The notes under the pieces were generated by a model. That model was not told the DNA's origin and searched no databases. It saw only the letters and a program-made list of their open reading frames with translations. Below are positions 1 to 35,097 of a stretch of 64,000 bases of DNA, piece after piece. Within the stretch, counting starts at the first letter, position 1. Every line of letters begins with the position of its first letter. Made by a program: the position numbers and the translations under genes. The DNA is from Paraspadella gotoi (taxonomy: Eukaryota > Animalia > Chaetognatha): positions 22,693,486 through 22,757,485 of the forward strand of contig CM119267.1 of assembly GCA_051294375.1 (NCBI GenBank), in the 5' to 3' direction.

Positions 1-465
1 TAATCCTTGGTTTTTGAATCAGGGATGAATTTACTAGCTCGACCCCCTTGCATTCTTTAACATTTTGGTTAATCATTCTATTGTGTTCTTTCAATCTCTC
101 ATAACCCTTTGGGCCTTTCTTAAATTTTTTCAATTATTTTTTACATATTCCACCACAAACAAAGATTTGTTTCTGTTAGCTTTTTAATTAGGTTTAGTAG
201 AGAGCGAAGGAGAGATGCAGATGCTTGTTTTTCTAGTGGGAATTTCATAGCCGGGCGATTAAGACGAGCGTCCGAGATTGGTTGTTAAACCGCGATAAGA
301 CCCGAATGTTTATGCTGGGGGAATGGGCCAAGAGTTGCTGAGAAACTATCTTATAATCTAAAATTTATTCGCTTTGAAACTTGAGGGGGGAGGGAAATTT
401 AAAAAAAGAAACCTCTAGTGTTAGCGGCGGCTTTGGTCACGTTTACCAGGTTCTTTTTAACCTAG

Positions 466-20675
<20,210 letters not shown>

Positions 20676-22738
20676 TCCAAAAAAAAAAAGATGGAGCGAA
20701 AAAAAAAAATAAAGAGAATTCTTGTCCGAAATTCTTTATATTCATTTTTCTTTGTTTTCGAAATTATGAAGTCGTTGATCGATTTTTTTTCTTTCCTTTT
20801 TTTGTTTTTTTAACTTTTCGCCTTTCCCTCAGTTTTTGTTTACTTTCGAAATTTTCCGGGGGAAATAATGGCGGCGTCGGCGATAGACTTGTTTTCTTTT
20901 CATCATTTTTTTTTGCCATTCCAGTACTCTGTTCTCTCTATTCCTCATCTCCCCTCTTCTCTAATTCTCTCTCTTTCTCCGTTTCTATCCTACTAACCCG
21001 TTTCTTTATTCTTCTCGTTTCGACTTTCGTTCCGCCCATCCGTTTTGACACTCCCTCCCCACTCGTCGATAAAAACGAAGAAGCATTCGTTATTAAAAGT
21101 GCAATTATATTTCCATTATCTTTTTCGCTCTTCTTATCTTCTAGTCAATCGATTTTTTTCTTTCTCGGTTTCATTTGAAGGATGATTAATTTTCATTTCA
21201 ATTCGTGCTGAATCTAACTCGTATAACTGTAATGTTTTCCCAGAGATGATTAGTTAAAACGGTGAACGTGATACCCGTTGCCCAGCGTCCTTATTCATAA
21301 GTTTTATTCTTTCGATTCGCGATTTATTATTTAGCCTCATTCACGATTCCACTTAGTTAAGAGACCATCAGTAACCCACCTCCCTTTTTTTTTAATCAAT
21401 AACTCATCGAACTTGCCTCTACAATCGTTTATCCTACGTTTCAGTAGTTCCTTTTCTTGTAACTTGTTTGCCTTGTTTTCGTCTATTCGTACATATCAAT
21501 ATATTGGATTGACTCAGCGTTTCGATTTAAAAATTGAAAATTGTAGTGAAGTAAAAACTGTAACGATATATTTACAGTAATAAATTTACGATGATAAAAT
21601 GGAAAAACAGTAGTGATATACATGCTAATAGATTCGCGTATATCGAGTTCCGAAGCTTAACCCTAAAAAAATTGAATGAAAAATATACTAAGTACATTTA
21701 TCAAAAAGTAACAAGTGCGACAGACTGTTTTTTTCGTTAAGCAGAAATGACAAAGTAACTATTTACAATATAAAGAAAACTATTCAATTATACGTGCAGC
21801 GGAATAACTGCCTAAAACACGTAGTAAAGTAAGAAAGTAGAAATGTACGTACGAGATTATCGGTATAAAAATTTGCGAATGGATGAGAAGCAGGCTTTTG
21901 TCATGGAGTTTTAAGATTGATTTGTGAGAGGGCGCTCCAAGCGAGCTACGATAATTCAACAAAAGGGCCCGTCGACCATTCTAAAATTTTGTAATTATTG
22001 TTAGTATAAAAACCTGGGAGGACTTCTCGTTAAACAATTGCATCTTGCATTATTGTGCTTGCTTCAAACTAATCGTTAAAAAGATTAAATAATGTCATAA
22101 GGGACTAACCCTCGCGTTTTTAAAAAACACATGAGTGAAGCGCTTTTTTAAACATTTTTTATTAAAAATAATCTCATATCTACCGAATGGAAAAGCGCCT
22201 CTGCATCGATAACGCCGATTTAAAAAGCGCAACTTTTTTTTAAGTTTTACTGGTTCTCGTTTAGCGAGTAAATGTTTAATTTTAATGTTGGGTAAGAAAG
22301 GAGATCAAAATGGATTAAGCGAAAAACGAGAACGCAAAATGGAGAATCAGAATTTAGAATAGAAAATTTCAAAATTTTTTTTGGATTTGAACAAAAAATG
22401 TATTTTTCTTAATATTATTTCGACTCCATTTCCTGTGAAACCTTTCGATTGCCGCAATTCACCTTATTTCCAATTCCCCTTTACTTTTTCACAAAATTCT
22501 TTCGAGCTTTTTCCCCCCCTCCGCCGCCTGCGCCACGGGCGCTTCGGGCGCCAGTATCGCAATAAACATTTCGCGAGCGCGCCTGGCACGTTGTATATTT
22601 CTTTGACGACCAGTTTATTTCCCCGTCGTCGCGGCGTTGTTGAAAAAGAAAGAGGAAAAAAAGGAAAAGAAATAACGCAAAGAAAGAAAAGAGAAAATAA
22701 AAGAAAATCCGACGCCTTCCTTTTTTTTTTTTAATCAA

Positions 22739-25700
22739 TCATGTGTTGTGTCCGGATCGTTCTCGTTCCGCCCGGTCGCACTCTCCCGATTCCGGCGCTG
22801 ATGATCCGGCGAAGCGGCGGAAGGGGGGGGTGTTTAGAGATGGTGGGTAAAGGCCGGAGTGAATTTGATGGAATAAGGGCGAAAAGATATGGGCGGGAGG
22901 TAAGGTTGGGATTCGAAGGTAAAAAGAGAATAAAAAATAGAAATTCTTATTTAAAAAAAAATTGTAACAGAACACCTAATTCGGAAGGAGAAATATTTTC
23001 GACAAAAGAAAAAGATTAAAATTTAGATTTTTATTAATTTTTTTTTAATCGTATAGAATATTTCTAGGTTTCATTTTGTTTTGTTTCTCCTTTGTTTCGC
23101 GACAAGCTATTAAACATGCATGGACCTCGCTTGTTTTTTCCCCGAATGATACATTATTAACAGCCATATCTTATGAGAAAAATGTTATTTTGTTTTTATC
23201 GTTTCAAAGCCGCTAAAGAGACATCTACCTGTTAAGAAATTCCATTACTTTCATCATCCAGGTTATATTTTTTGTCTTACGATCTCACCCTTAGCCCATT
23301 GCCGGCCCTCAAATCTTTACTTTTTTTCCCCCTATGCTAAGACTTGCCGCCATTAGCCTGTATCTTCGCCCCTCGCGACCTTTCTCATCCCCTTACCCTC
23401 GCCCCCCCCTTCAAAATTCCCTTACCCTCGGGCGCGCCCCTCAACCGCCGGGGCGGGTACCGGGCGAACATACACATTGAGACTCCGGCGATGAGACAAG
23501 CGACGCCAACGCCGAGGAAGACGGGTCCGAGAATTTCGAGCAGGGGGGATCCGGGGTCCTGCGGTCGACCGGGTGAGGGGGAGGTCAGAAATTTGAGATC
23601 GGGACGGATTAGAAAGATTAATACAAAGGATTTATTGCAATTGGAACATTTTAAAATCTAATTAGTTATTTTTGCAGACTTTAGAGAGTCACTGGGAAGC
23701 GAGATTTGAAGTCAAGTATTGTCTATTGGACAAATTAAAAAGTAATTGCCGTAATAACTAAGAAATTTTAAACTTTGAATATTGAATTGGTGGTGACAGT
23801 TCAAAGATACCATGTCACTAATTATGAAAGAGTGTTTCTTGATAAAAAGAAAAAATAATTGAATCTAATCCCCTTCACAATTGACAGTCAAAAAAGTATC
23901 ACCTTTCCTTCCGCCAGCAGCACTTCCTCCGGGGCAATGTTGGCCGCGTTCCTAGCGGTGATGGTCATAATGAGGCCAGACACGCCCAGCCCCACCCCGA
24001 GGATAAGAGCGCACGCAGCTACGCCTAATGAGGGCGTGGTTGCGAAGTTGAGGTGAAGGGTAAGTTGGATATCGACGTAAATGCGCCCCGAAGAAAATTT
24101 TGGAAAGAGGGTCCAAAGAGAAATAAAAACAGAATGTAAATTTTATTTATTATTCAACGATATATTAAATATTTGTTACTAGGTAATTTTTTTTATTTTC
24201 CATATTTGGAAATTCAGAAGCGTCTTTTAAGGCGGTGCGTAAATTAAACTAGTAAACGTTTTAAAACTTGATTGAATGGCGAAATTGAATCAATAATTCA
24301 TTTTGGGATAATAACGTAAATTATGTTTTTTAAAGAAAGTTAACCGGTTTTATCCTTAATGTAACGGACTCATAACGCTCACTCTACTACTAATTAACAA
24401 ACTTTTTTAAGAACTGAGCGGGAATAATTTTTCCATTTTTTATTAAAAAACAGTAGAATATACGTATAATATATAATTTTATATAAAAGTATTATTATTT
24501 TTATTATTATTAGGAAATTTTTTAGCTCTATAAACTATCATAAATATGATATGTTCTAATCATAGTTGTACATAATCCATTTATAAATAATAAAAAAACA
24601 AAGACACTCGCGCGATGTAAATTGAAGTCAAACAATCGTGCAGACTTTTCCACAAACAATATCTTTCATACGAGGTATACCGTGTTAACTTGGTACGAAA
24701 TAGTTATACAGAACTGAATATCGAAAATGAAATTTAGAAATAAGACGAAATGAAACGTAGTTTTAAGGAAAAAAGAACATAAAAGGTATGCGAGATGCTG
24801 TATGCGAATTAACTAGTGAAATTATTAAAATAATTAAAATAGTTCAACAAAAGAGATTTAACCCATTGAACCGCAAATAAAAAAGAAGGTAGTCTCGCAT
24901 CGCTGGAAAAGTACATGCGAAAGCCAAAAACTGTTTAATTTCGTTTTAAATTTTAATTTGATGAAATTATTGGAGAAACACAACTTTAAACGAACACGCC
25001 TACGCGAAACCTGCTATCGGCCAGAAAAAAAAAATTTAAGAAGTTCTTAACTTACTTCAGAAAAAAAGATGACACATGACAGTTAAGAAAAATTTCAAGG
25101 CCGTAACAAAAGTGATTCATAAGTCATATTCATTATTCAACTAATGTTGCAAGACTTTTAGAGATTAATTACCAATATACGAACATTCGATTCCTTCACG
25201 AACAAACGAAAGAAAAAATAGATGATTTCGTTTATATTAACATTTAACACATGCTATACGGAAAGCGAGTGAGAGCGAAATAAAAAAAAAAAGAACATGT
25301 AATTACGATGATATATTATATACGATGATATATTATATCATACATCACGAATAGCGAAGGTAGGAAGGCTGGGGAATAAAATATCTAAAATTGATCGTAT
25401 TTTGAATGGACTAACACCGTATACTTGCCCGAATGAAAGGTAGCAAGACGATTTAAGAAGAAAACCAAACAATATTTTTTTGCATCGCGAGTTTAAAACG
25501 AGAAAGCAAAAGGAGTTAGTTTAACGATTAGTTGTCGTTTTGTCTCCTGTTTCGGTTCTACATTGCTACTTTGTTTTTTTAGTGGCGCGGAAAAGAAGTT
25601 AACCTTAAAAAACGGAAAGTGGCCTTACCTATTAAAAAAAAAAAAGAGAGAATAATATCGGATAATTAATATTTAAGGACAATTTATATATTTTTTCAAA

Positions 25701-26486
25701 AAAAAAATTAATAATCTCATTTTAGAAACTAACAACTACATTAAGGAATGATTATTTTTAAGCTGCATCGGAATAAAAAGTTATGTTTAATAATTGATTA
25801 AAGCCTCGACTGTTACAAAAAACCTTCATCGAATTTTCTTTTAAAAAAATGTCAAAATCAACCGAAACGGACGTCGTTGGTTCGATATATTCAAATTCGT
25901 GGACAGTAAAATTTAACAAAAAGTAAAACTGTATTAAAAAAAAACCCGATATTAACCTTTATATCCTCCTGGTCAGCAGTAATTCACGAAAAAGACAAAA
26001 GAGGGACGAAAAGGGGAGAACGTGTTTAAGTGACATCGCGTAAAGGATAAACATAAAACAACACAATGCAAGACGAAGTCCGGTTTTAATAAAAAATTAG
26101 TAAGCCTTAATAAATAAAAAAGTTGAAACAAAAAATAAAAGCGACGCAAGATTAGAAAAAAAAAAGTAGAAAAGTAAAACCACGAACTTCGCTTTTCTAC
26201 CCAAAAAATAACGTGGACGCGCAGCCCTCGAAAAAAAAAAAACCCCAAAAAACCAACATAAAAATAAAGAAGAAAAAACAAAACAAAATAGCACTTGTGG
26301 GTCATCGACCGACACCTCACCCGTATAGGCGGTGCTGCGGTGAGGCCAATTCGTCCGCGTCGCAGTGTGACCCGATGTTATCGCCGTCGTCACCATGCAC
26401 AGGAATAAAAGATAAGTTAGGTAAAGCGCCAGGCTCCATTTGCTGACTCCGCTGCCATTGCCGCCGCGCCCGCCGCCGCCACCCAT
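22739..26486 (-). CDS. Small (~159 aa) membrane protein with 2-3 hydrophobic helices
   Basis: Exons 26486-26321 (ATG, phase-1 gtgag donor), 24024-23903, 23558-23426, 22797-22739 (TGA) join in frame. Hydrophobic segments WSLALYLTYLLFLCMVTAI, GVAACALILGVGLGVSGLIMTITA, LLEILGPVFLGVGVACLIAGVSMCMFA, followed by basic RYPPRRLR. Confidence 0.7.
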
Positions 26487-27452
26487 GTTACGCCGAGATT
26501 TATCGTTTGTTTATATCCGCGATTTGAAAATATCACAAAATAAAACGTTTACGGATGGAGAGAGAGAGAAAGAGAAAGAGGCGGAGAGTGAGAGAGAGAG
26601 AGAGAGATCCAGACCAACGCGCGGCGTCCTCGTCGTCGTCGGACGTCACTCGCGGAAACGAGGCGTCGGTGACGTTTGTTTATTTACGTTTTTTTGTGTC
26701 ATTTCACTCGACGGTTATTTTTTTCGTTTGTGGTTTTGGGTCGCGAGGATGAAAATTAATTATCGTCGGCGTCGCTGGATTAGATGCTTTTGAGAAGAAT
26801 CACCTGTGAAGTTTCGGGGAAGATTGTAGAGTTAAATTAAAATATAAGTTCGTTTAATAAATAATCTATCTTGCCCCTGACATTGTTAGGGAAACTTGGA
26901 AAAGGATGAAAAGGGGAAAGAGAAGAAAAAGAAAGAAACAGAGAAAGAAAAAAAGAAAAACAAAGCGTGAAGAAAGAAATGAAAGTGGAAAACAGTTAGA
27001 GAAAGAAATACGTAAAAATAGATATAGAAAAGAAATAACAAAAAACGCAGTTCACAGAAGCAAAGGCGAAAATTTTTTGGACGTCAAAAAGAGGGCAGGA
27101 TCTGATAGCTGAAAATAATAAATAATACAACTTATTAGAGCTTAAAATGATTTATTCATTGTGAAGAGGAGCACGTCGTTTCGAAGACTTTTGTCTTTTC
27201 GGAGAAGAAAATGGCGCCTCTCTCTTTTTTTCTTCTTTTTTCTCCCTTTTTTGTTTTTGATTTAAATTTAATCTTTCTGTCTTTTTGTTTTCAGTTTCCC
27301 AACTGAGATGGCAGCACTATTTTTCTCTCTTTCTCTCTCTCTTTCCTTTCTTGGAATAAATAATAAAGAGAAAAAAAGAAAGAAGGAAACATTCCCTTTT
27401 TTCTCCACTTGATCCTCATGGGTAAAACCAGTTTCTGTTACAGTTCCTGCCG

Positions 27453-27579
<127 letters not shown>

Positions 27580-29672
27580 GTCAATTTCGTTTCGTTTTCG
27601 TTATCGTTGTTCAGGAAAAGGCACGGCAGGTGTCGCTTCAATTTTTTTTTGGTTAAACCGACGAAAATCTCCCTCCTTTTTCATGTTGTATTTTTCTCAA
27701 TTAGCTGTGTTAAAAAAAGCTACCAGTAAACTATGAAGAAAAAAATATTGAAACAAAATATCAAAAATCAAAACATTCAATTTCTAATTATGAACGGTTG
27801 TTTTAATATTATCTATCATAACATTGTATTAACATTTAAAAACTTTCAAAAAATACCTAAAATTTTATATTTTGTGATTCTTGAGACAATGAGGTCTTGG
27901 TCAAGGTTTATGGGGGTTTCAAAAGTTTTGGAGTCTGGTTCAAGGATCTTTAAGATCTTATTGAAGTGAACTTTTTTTTGGTAAAATGTTTCGGGGTTGT
28001 TTAAAGAAAATAACTCCAAGGACTGCGATGAACCTAAGAGTTTAATCGGAATTTTTGGGAATCGACTACATGAGGGATGACAGTTGAATCTCCAGGAGTT
28101 TTTAGAACACAGGCTTCATGAAGGACATGAGGTTTTGGACGAGGTTTTTTCGGGAGTATTTGAAGGCTTGGGAAATAAGCTCTTGGACAATGTTTCATGA
28201 GAAGGTGTGAAGCTCGAAGTTTCTGAAGAGTCTCGGGCAAGGCATTCAGGGTGGTTTCAGAAGACCCACTTCCTGAAAGTCGCAAGGTCTTGGACAAGGT
28301 TTTCTAGGTGTTTTCGGGAGACCCACTTTGCCCCCCCCGGGGGGGAGGGGCTTCGGATTTTGGAGGAGGAGGAGGAGGAGGAGGTTTTGAATCGACGTCG
28401 TCTTCAACGATTTGATTGATCGATTTCGTTGGCGGAGAAAATCGATTCGAGGGTCGAAACCAACGAAAACCATTTGTCGTCGTCGCATCAAAAACTCAGT
28501 TGGGAGTTAAGGGGAGATGGGGTTATTTCGAAGACTGGAGTCGATAGGGTATATTCGTTATTATAGGGAGAGAAGGAATGTTTGATTTTCGTACATTGAA
28601 AGGGAATCCAGAGAGACAGAGAGAGTCTTGATTGAAATCTTTGCAGGGTCCTGCTATGTAAGAGTGATGGAGGCCTTCAACTACCCAAATCTCAAATGCA
28701 AGACAGCGCCAATTTCGCTATGTATATTTCAATATTTGTTACAGTGAAGGATTTTTTATTCCAATCGGCCAGAGGCGGCTGGAAGACGATCGAACGATTG
28801 TTTTTATTGTTTGTTTTTTTCTTCAAATATTATAAATATGAGCAGAATGCTTTAGAGCAGGTAAGCAACCGTTAAGAGTACTCGTATGTAGTATTCAGTT
28901 AAGCTCTGATTTATTAAACAAAGAAATAAAAGGTAGGTTTTAAGGTTTAACCGTTAAGGGGACCTAGAATCAAATTTATCTCTTTTTTTTAAGAGGTTGA
29001 CATTGACGCCACGGTCTTTCGACCGTAGAGCGTTCGGCGACCAAGGTCACTTCCGGTTCGTAGCCTTTTGTTTTTACGAGGAATTAAAAGCGGAAGAAGT
29101 GTTCAAAGTTGAGAGTCGATTTCAGTAACACTAAAAGAGAATAGATTGCGTTGAAAGTTTTATTGACGATGCAACGATGTTTGATTAACTTGAAGAGGTT
29201 GAAATTAAATTCAGATTCAGTTTCGCTGAATGTTGAATCCCATTCAATGAAATTTAATTCATTTTAGTTAAGGATATTTCGATTTAAATTTGAACCAAGT
29301 TTGACCAATCATTTTCTCTTCATAAATCTTGGATCTTTCGATCGAGGACCTCAAATTCAAAATGAGATCGAACATCGGATCGAATTCGACAAAAAAAAAA
29401 ACCCGCGACCGACATTTTCAAAACTTCGTCCATCCCCAAAGTTATCGATATTTATCGATATTTATCGAGCTTGAATTTGTTATCTTTTTTATTCTTTTTC
29501 CAACAAGAAGTTATTTGAGAAAAAAAAATATTGATAGCCTCCCCCCCCCCCACACGCCGTAAAATTGCGGGGGAAAAAAGATTTCGAATGATTTTGGCCG
29601 CGATACAACAGAGCTCGACTGTACCTCAATTTCTGCATCCATCGACGTTGAAAACTGGCAGGTGCTCTCTCT

Positions 29673-29730
<58 letters not shown>

Positions 29731-30135
29731 CTCTCTCTCCATCTGTTCTGTAGAGCTGCCGAGGCTGGTAAGCCTTGTTGACATCGTTTTCCGTCAGCTG
29801 GCAAGCATGAGTATAAGACACGAGTATATTCTCACAGTCACGTTCGTCTCTCTCTCTTCTCTCTCTTCACCACCCCCTCATCTCTCTCTCTCCTCTCTCG
29901 TCCTCTCTCTCTCTCTTCTCTCTCTCTCGGCCAAGAGTCTAGTGGGGGAAGAGAAAACATTTTGTTCCGTTTGTTCGCTGTTGTTAAGGAGGAAAAAACA
30001 TCAACTTTGTTTTTACCAGAGGTAGAAAACGAACGAAACAAGCAAAGCATTGTTTTTCTTCAAAGAATCTGTGGTTGTTTTCTTTTGATGAAATTTTTAT
30101 TTTTTCACAATTCACCTGCGTTCCCTACGCCCCCC

Positions 30136-30179
<44 letters not shown>

Positions 30180-30507
30180 TCTCCCTCTCTATACACTCTC
30201 TTTCAAAGATTAAAAATAAAAATAAAACTGTGGAAATTAAGGTCTTAGGAGTTTACTTTTACCGACTTCAGAAAGCGATATATAAATACAATAGAGGGAA
30301 AGTAAAGCAATAAAAAGCAGAAAAATGGGTGATAAGATGTGTAGAGTGGATTTAAATTTTAAACACTCGAAAAATTTTTCAAAAAACTATCGCTGATAAA
30401 AACAAAAAAGAAATACCGGAGAAGGAAAACTAATCAAAACAAGAAAGAAAGTGTAAACAAAACACAACCAAATTGATCAGACCTAAATAAAAGAAGAAAA
30501 ATTGAAA

Positions 30508-30545
30508 AAACAAACAAACAAACAAACAAACAAACAAACAACAAC
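30508..30545. repeat. (CAAA)n microsatellite
   Basis: Directly visible array. Confidence 0.9.
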
Positions 30546-31575
30546 AGGGAACAACAAAAAGTCACAACGCTGAACAGTGAATACAAAACTGGTCAAACTG
30601 AACATTAACATCGAAGCAAACAAACACATAAAAAACCGATTGTAAATTTTATAATTAAAATTTTATAATTATAATAAAAACGATAAAAAAATATTTACAA
30701 TTTTAACTTATTGTATCAAGTTCAATAAATTCATGCGGCCATGACTGATTTTATCCGTTTCATTAAAATAAAAAAATTAAACTAACAAGAGCAAAGCTTC
30801 TTATAAAACTTGTTAGTCTTTACTTTGTGTTTGAAAGGTAGAATAAACAAAATGATGCATCAATAAGTAAATAAATAAATTTGTTTATCTTCGCTGTTTA
30901 TTTTTTTAATTCTTTTAGCATTTTTTTAGGAAAATGTTTTTAACTCAAATTCGATCTGTACTTTCGTTCATTAATTCTTATTCATTTTTATTCGTACATT
31001 TTTAAAATTCGCATCAGTGATCATCGCTGTTTTTTGGGGTTTTTTTTTTGTTTTTTTATGTAGGATCTGATCATAGATATACAAGTCCGATAAAAGCAGC
31101 GCCCGCTGTAGTAAGATTTATAAAAAAAAGACGAATAAAAAACAAATAAATTTTGGTTTTTTTTGGGATAAGAAAATGAGGATTGAAAACTCGCGCGCTT
31201 AGAATTTATGCGGACATCCAAGTATCGAAGGAAAAGATTTTTTAACAGAAAAATGACGAGCATGGATTATGAAAAGAAGTGGTGAGTGAGAGACAGAGTT
31301 AAAGAGAGACAGAGAGAGAAAGAGAGATGGGGAAATGGAGAAACCGTTAATTAGCGAAGAAGATTTAAAGTAATAATATTAATAAGTGGCGAATAAGCGA
31401 TGTGTACCGGCGAAAACAAAAGTTGTTTTCTTGTCTGAAAAAAATCGAGAAACGAGAATCGAATTCGTCGAAGAAGAAAAAAAAAGAAAAAAAAAGAAAA
31501 TGGATACGTAGATGCAAAAAGGATCTCAACTTCGAACGCGCCGCGAATCTGAGAGAGAGAGAGAGAGAGAGAGAG

Positions 31576-31624
<49 letters not shown>

Positions 31625-32146
31625 AAGAGAGAGAGAGAGATGAAAATAGTAGAACGAAGAGATAGCTGTGTTATTGTATAAATTCGCCTCAGTATGAGTT
31701 AGGATAAGCCAGTTCGTCTGTCGAAGCTCAGAACGGGCTGGCGTGGCATCCGGCAGACGGTGCATATAACTCTGCGGTACTGGTGATGTGCATTCTATCT
31801 GGGCTCGGTGCACAGATATTCCCGGTAAGAGCATAGATCTACCGCGACATACCTGAGTTTTGCCTAGCGCGTCTGAGCTCAGCGAGAGCTGTCTGATGCA
31901 CGAATCGCATCTGCTCGACGACAATCTCTCCACAACTGTTGCCGCCACGTTCGAAATGAGGGAACCTCTTAATCTGTTCCGTCTGCTTGCCGACAGAAAA
32001 CGGTGAAAAGATGGTGTAGAGGTAGAAGAACTCAGCAAACATGAGACTAAACAGAAGTTTGTAGAGAAACTAGTGTACATTACACAGTGTGAAGAGAGGA
32101 AGTGACGAGAGAGAGGAGCGAGAAAGAGGCTAGATGGTGACACGAT

Positions 32147-32181
<35 letters not shown>

Positions 32182-32220
32182 CTTTATATCGACCTCCGGT
32201 CGATCGCCGATGGTGATGAA

Positions 32221-32261
<41 letters not shown>

Positions 32262-33119
32262 TGGCTGAAATCGTGAATTGGTTCAAACCAGACAGAAAGA
32301 AGGTGCTACTCGCCATGATGGGGCTGCGTGAGCAACCGTCGAGAGGGTCAGCCCAAACCGCGGGGATGTTGCGAGTCATCGCGAGTTTAGACGGAGCGGC
32401 AGCGGGCGGCCGACCCGGGCGGAGAAAAGATGGCTCTGTTTAAGGCTGCACACGGCCGTGGGTCACACCTGCCGCTGTTTTAAGCGTTGAAATCACATAA
32501 ATTAATTTAAGGTTTTAACTATTGGTTTCTTATTTAACAGACACGTTCGCGTCTTTATATTTTTTCATATTTTAGTAATAAAGAATAGAATTAATTTTAA
32601 AATTTATTCAATAATAACGCTCATCGAGGAAAAATGTCAAAGCGAAAATATTTTAAACTAAAAAAAAGGAGTTATAAGGTAAATAAATTCTTTAAAAAAA
32701 CCCAACTTATTATAACATGCCCGTAATATCAGATGAACTAAACTCCAAGAAGTCGAGAGAAAATGAAAAAGTACATCACTTGTGACCTAATCGGTGATTT
32801 TCTCTCCCAAATCACCCATTCGCTGCGAAAATGGCAAGACTGTTGACGACCAACCGCCTTTCGCCTCGCTCTTTTTATTTACTTTTTTTAGCGAACAAAA
32901 GATTAGCTTCGAGAGAAGAGGTCGCTCACGTCTCGCGGCAGAAACAAAGGGGAATCGCTATTATAAACAAAGGACAATCGAATTTAAAGAGATTGGATGT
33001 GAATTGAAACCGGGAAACGCGCAAACCGGCTCCGGACTTTGGACTTTGGGCAAACCGGCTCCTTGTCAAGCTGATTGCGTTTTTGGAATTTTCTTTCTTT
33101 CTTTATCTTTCGCTCTCTT

Positions 33120-33157
<38 letters not shown>

Positions 33158-33182
33158 NNNNNNNNNNNNNNNNNNNNNNNNN
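33158..33182. other. Assembly gap (25 N)
   Basis: Run of 25 N. Confidence 0.99.
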
Positions 33183-33247
33183 AAAAAAAGAAAAAAAGAA
33201 AATTGAAAAAAAAAAGGATCTCAACTTCCGAAACGCGCGTCGATTCT

Positions 33248-33336
<89 letters not shown>

Positions 33337-34476
33337 AAAAGTAAACGAAGAGATAGCTGTTTATTGTATAAATTCTATATATAGAAGCCAGTGAACAGTG
33401 AAAAATTTTGTGAAAAAAGCAGAAAGGAAAATTAAGAAAGAAAGACAGAAACAAAAATTAAAAATACACATTACACAGTGTGAAAGAGGAAAGTGAGAGA
33501 AGAGAGAGAGAAGAGAGAGGAGAGAGAGATGAGAGGAGAAGAGAGAGGCTTTATATCGACCTCCGTCGATCGCCGATGGTGATGAAGAACGACGACGACG
33601 ACGACGACGACGACGTACGATGGCTGAATCGTGAATTGGTTCAACACCAGACAGAAAGAAGGTGCTACTCGCCATGATGGGCTGCCGTGAGCACCGTCGA
33701 GAGGGTCAGCCCATAACCGCGGGGATGTTGCGAGTCATCGCGAGTTTAGACGGAGCGGCAGCGGGCGGCCGACCCGGCGGAGAAAAGATGGCTCTGTTTA
33801 AGGCTGCACACGGCCGTGGGTCACACCTGCCGCTGTTTTAAGCGTTGAAATCACATAAATTATTTAGAGTTAACTATTGGTTTCTTATTTAACAGACACG
33901 TTCGCGTCTTTATATTTTTTCATATTTTTAGTAATAAAGAATAGAATTAATTTAAAATTTATTCCATAATAACGCTCATCGAGGAAAAATGTCAAAGCGA
34001 AAATATTTTAAACTAAAAAAAAGGAGTTATAAGGTAAATAAATTCTTTAAAAAAAACCCAACTTATTATAACATGCCCGTAATATCAGATGAACTAAACT
34101 CCAAGAAGTCGAGAGAAAATGAAAAAGTACATCACTTGTGACCTAATCGGTTGATTTCTCTCCCAAATCACCCATTCCGCTGCGAAAAATGGCAAGACTG
34201 TTGACGACCAACCGCCTTTCGCCTCCCTCTTTTATTTACTTTTTTTAGCGAACAAAAGATTAGCTTCGGGAGAAGAAGGTCGCTCACGTCTCGCGGCAGA
34301 AACAAAGGGGAAATCGCTATTATAAACAAAGGACAATCGAATTTAAAGAGATTGGATGTGATTGAAACCGGGAAACGCGCAAACCGGCTCCGGACTTTGG
34401 ACTTTGGGCAAACGGCTCCTTGTCAAGGCTGATTGCGTTTTTGAATTTTCTTTCTTTCTTTATCTTTGCGCTCTCT

Positions 34477-34513
<37 letters not shown>

Positions 34514-34516
34514 TCT

Positions 34517-34548
<32 letters not shown>

Positions 34549-34749
34549 TCTCCCTTCTCTCTCATCTCGCAAATTCCCAAAACACCGACCTCAAAATCTT
34601 TCCAATCCTTTGCCTCACATTTCTTAGCTCTCTTCTCTCTCTCTCTCTCTCTCTCCCCTCTGGCAGCCATTTTTTCTTTTGATTCGATTTTCGTTCGATT
34701 TTTTTTTCTTCGTCATGTCGCGCTGATGGTTGGTGGTAAAGGTTCCGGT

Positions 34750-34818
<69 letters not shown>

Positions 34819-35007
34819 GAAAGCGAGTAAACTTTCCCACAGAAGCGCATGAAACGTTTAGGGATCAAGATAAGGGCAACATATTAAAATATTTTATGTC
34901 TTTTAATAATCTGTTTCTCATAAATTAATGAAAGGTGATGTTAAAGTAATATGCAAATTACATTTAGAGTTCTATTGAGTGCATCATGCGAAAAGAAAAT
35001 TGATTTT

Positions 35008-35054
<47 letters not shown>

Positions 35055-35061
35055 AGAGAGC

Positions 35062-35097
<36 letters not shown>

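Noticed and set aside
28600-29100. Plus-strand splice-like sites (cag|gtaagc at 28861) and an ETS-like cacttccgg
   Set aside because: No coherent ORF or partner exons, so it cannot be supported without transcript data.
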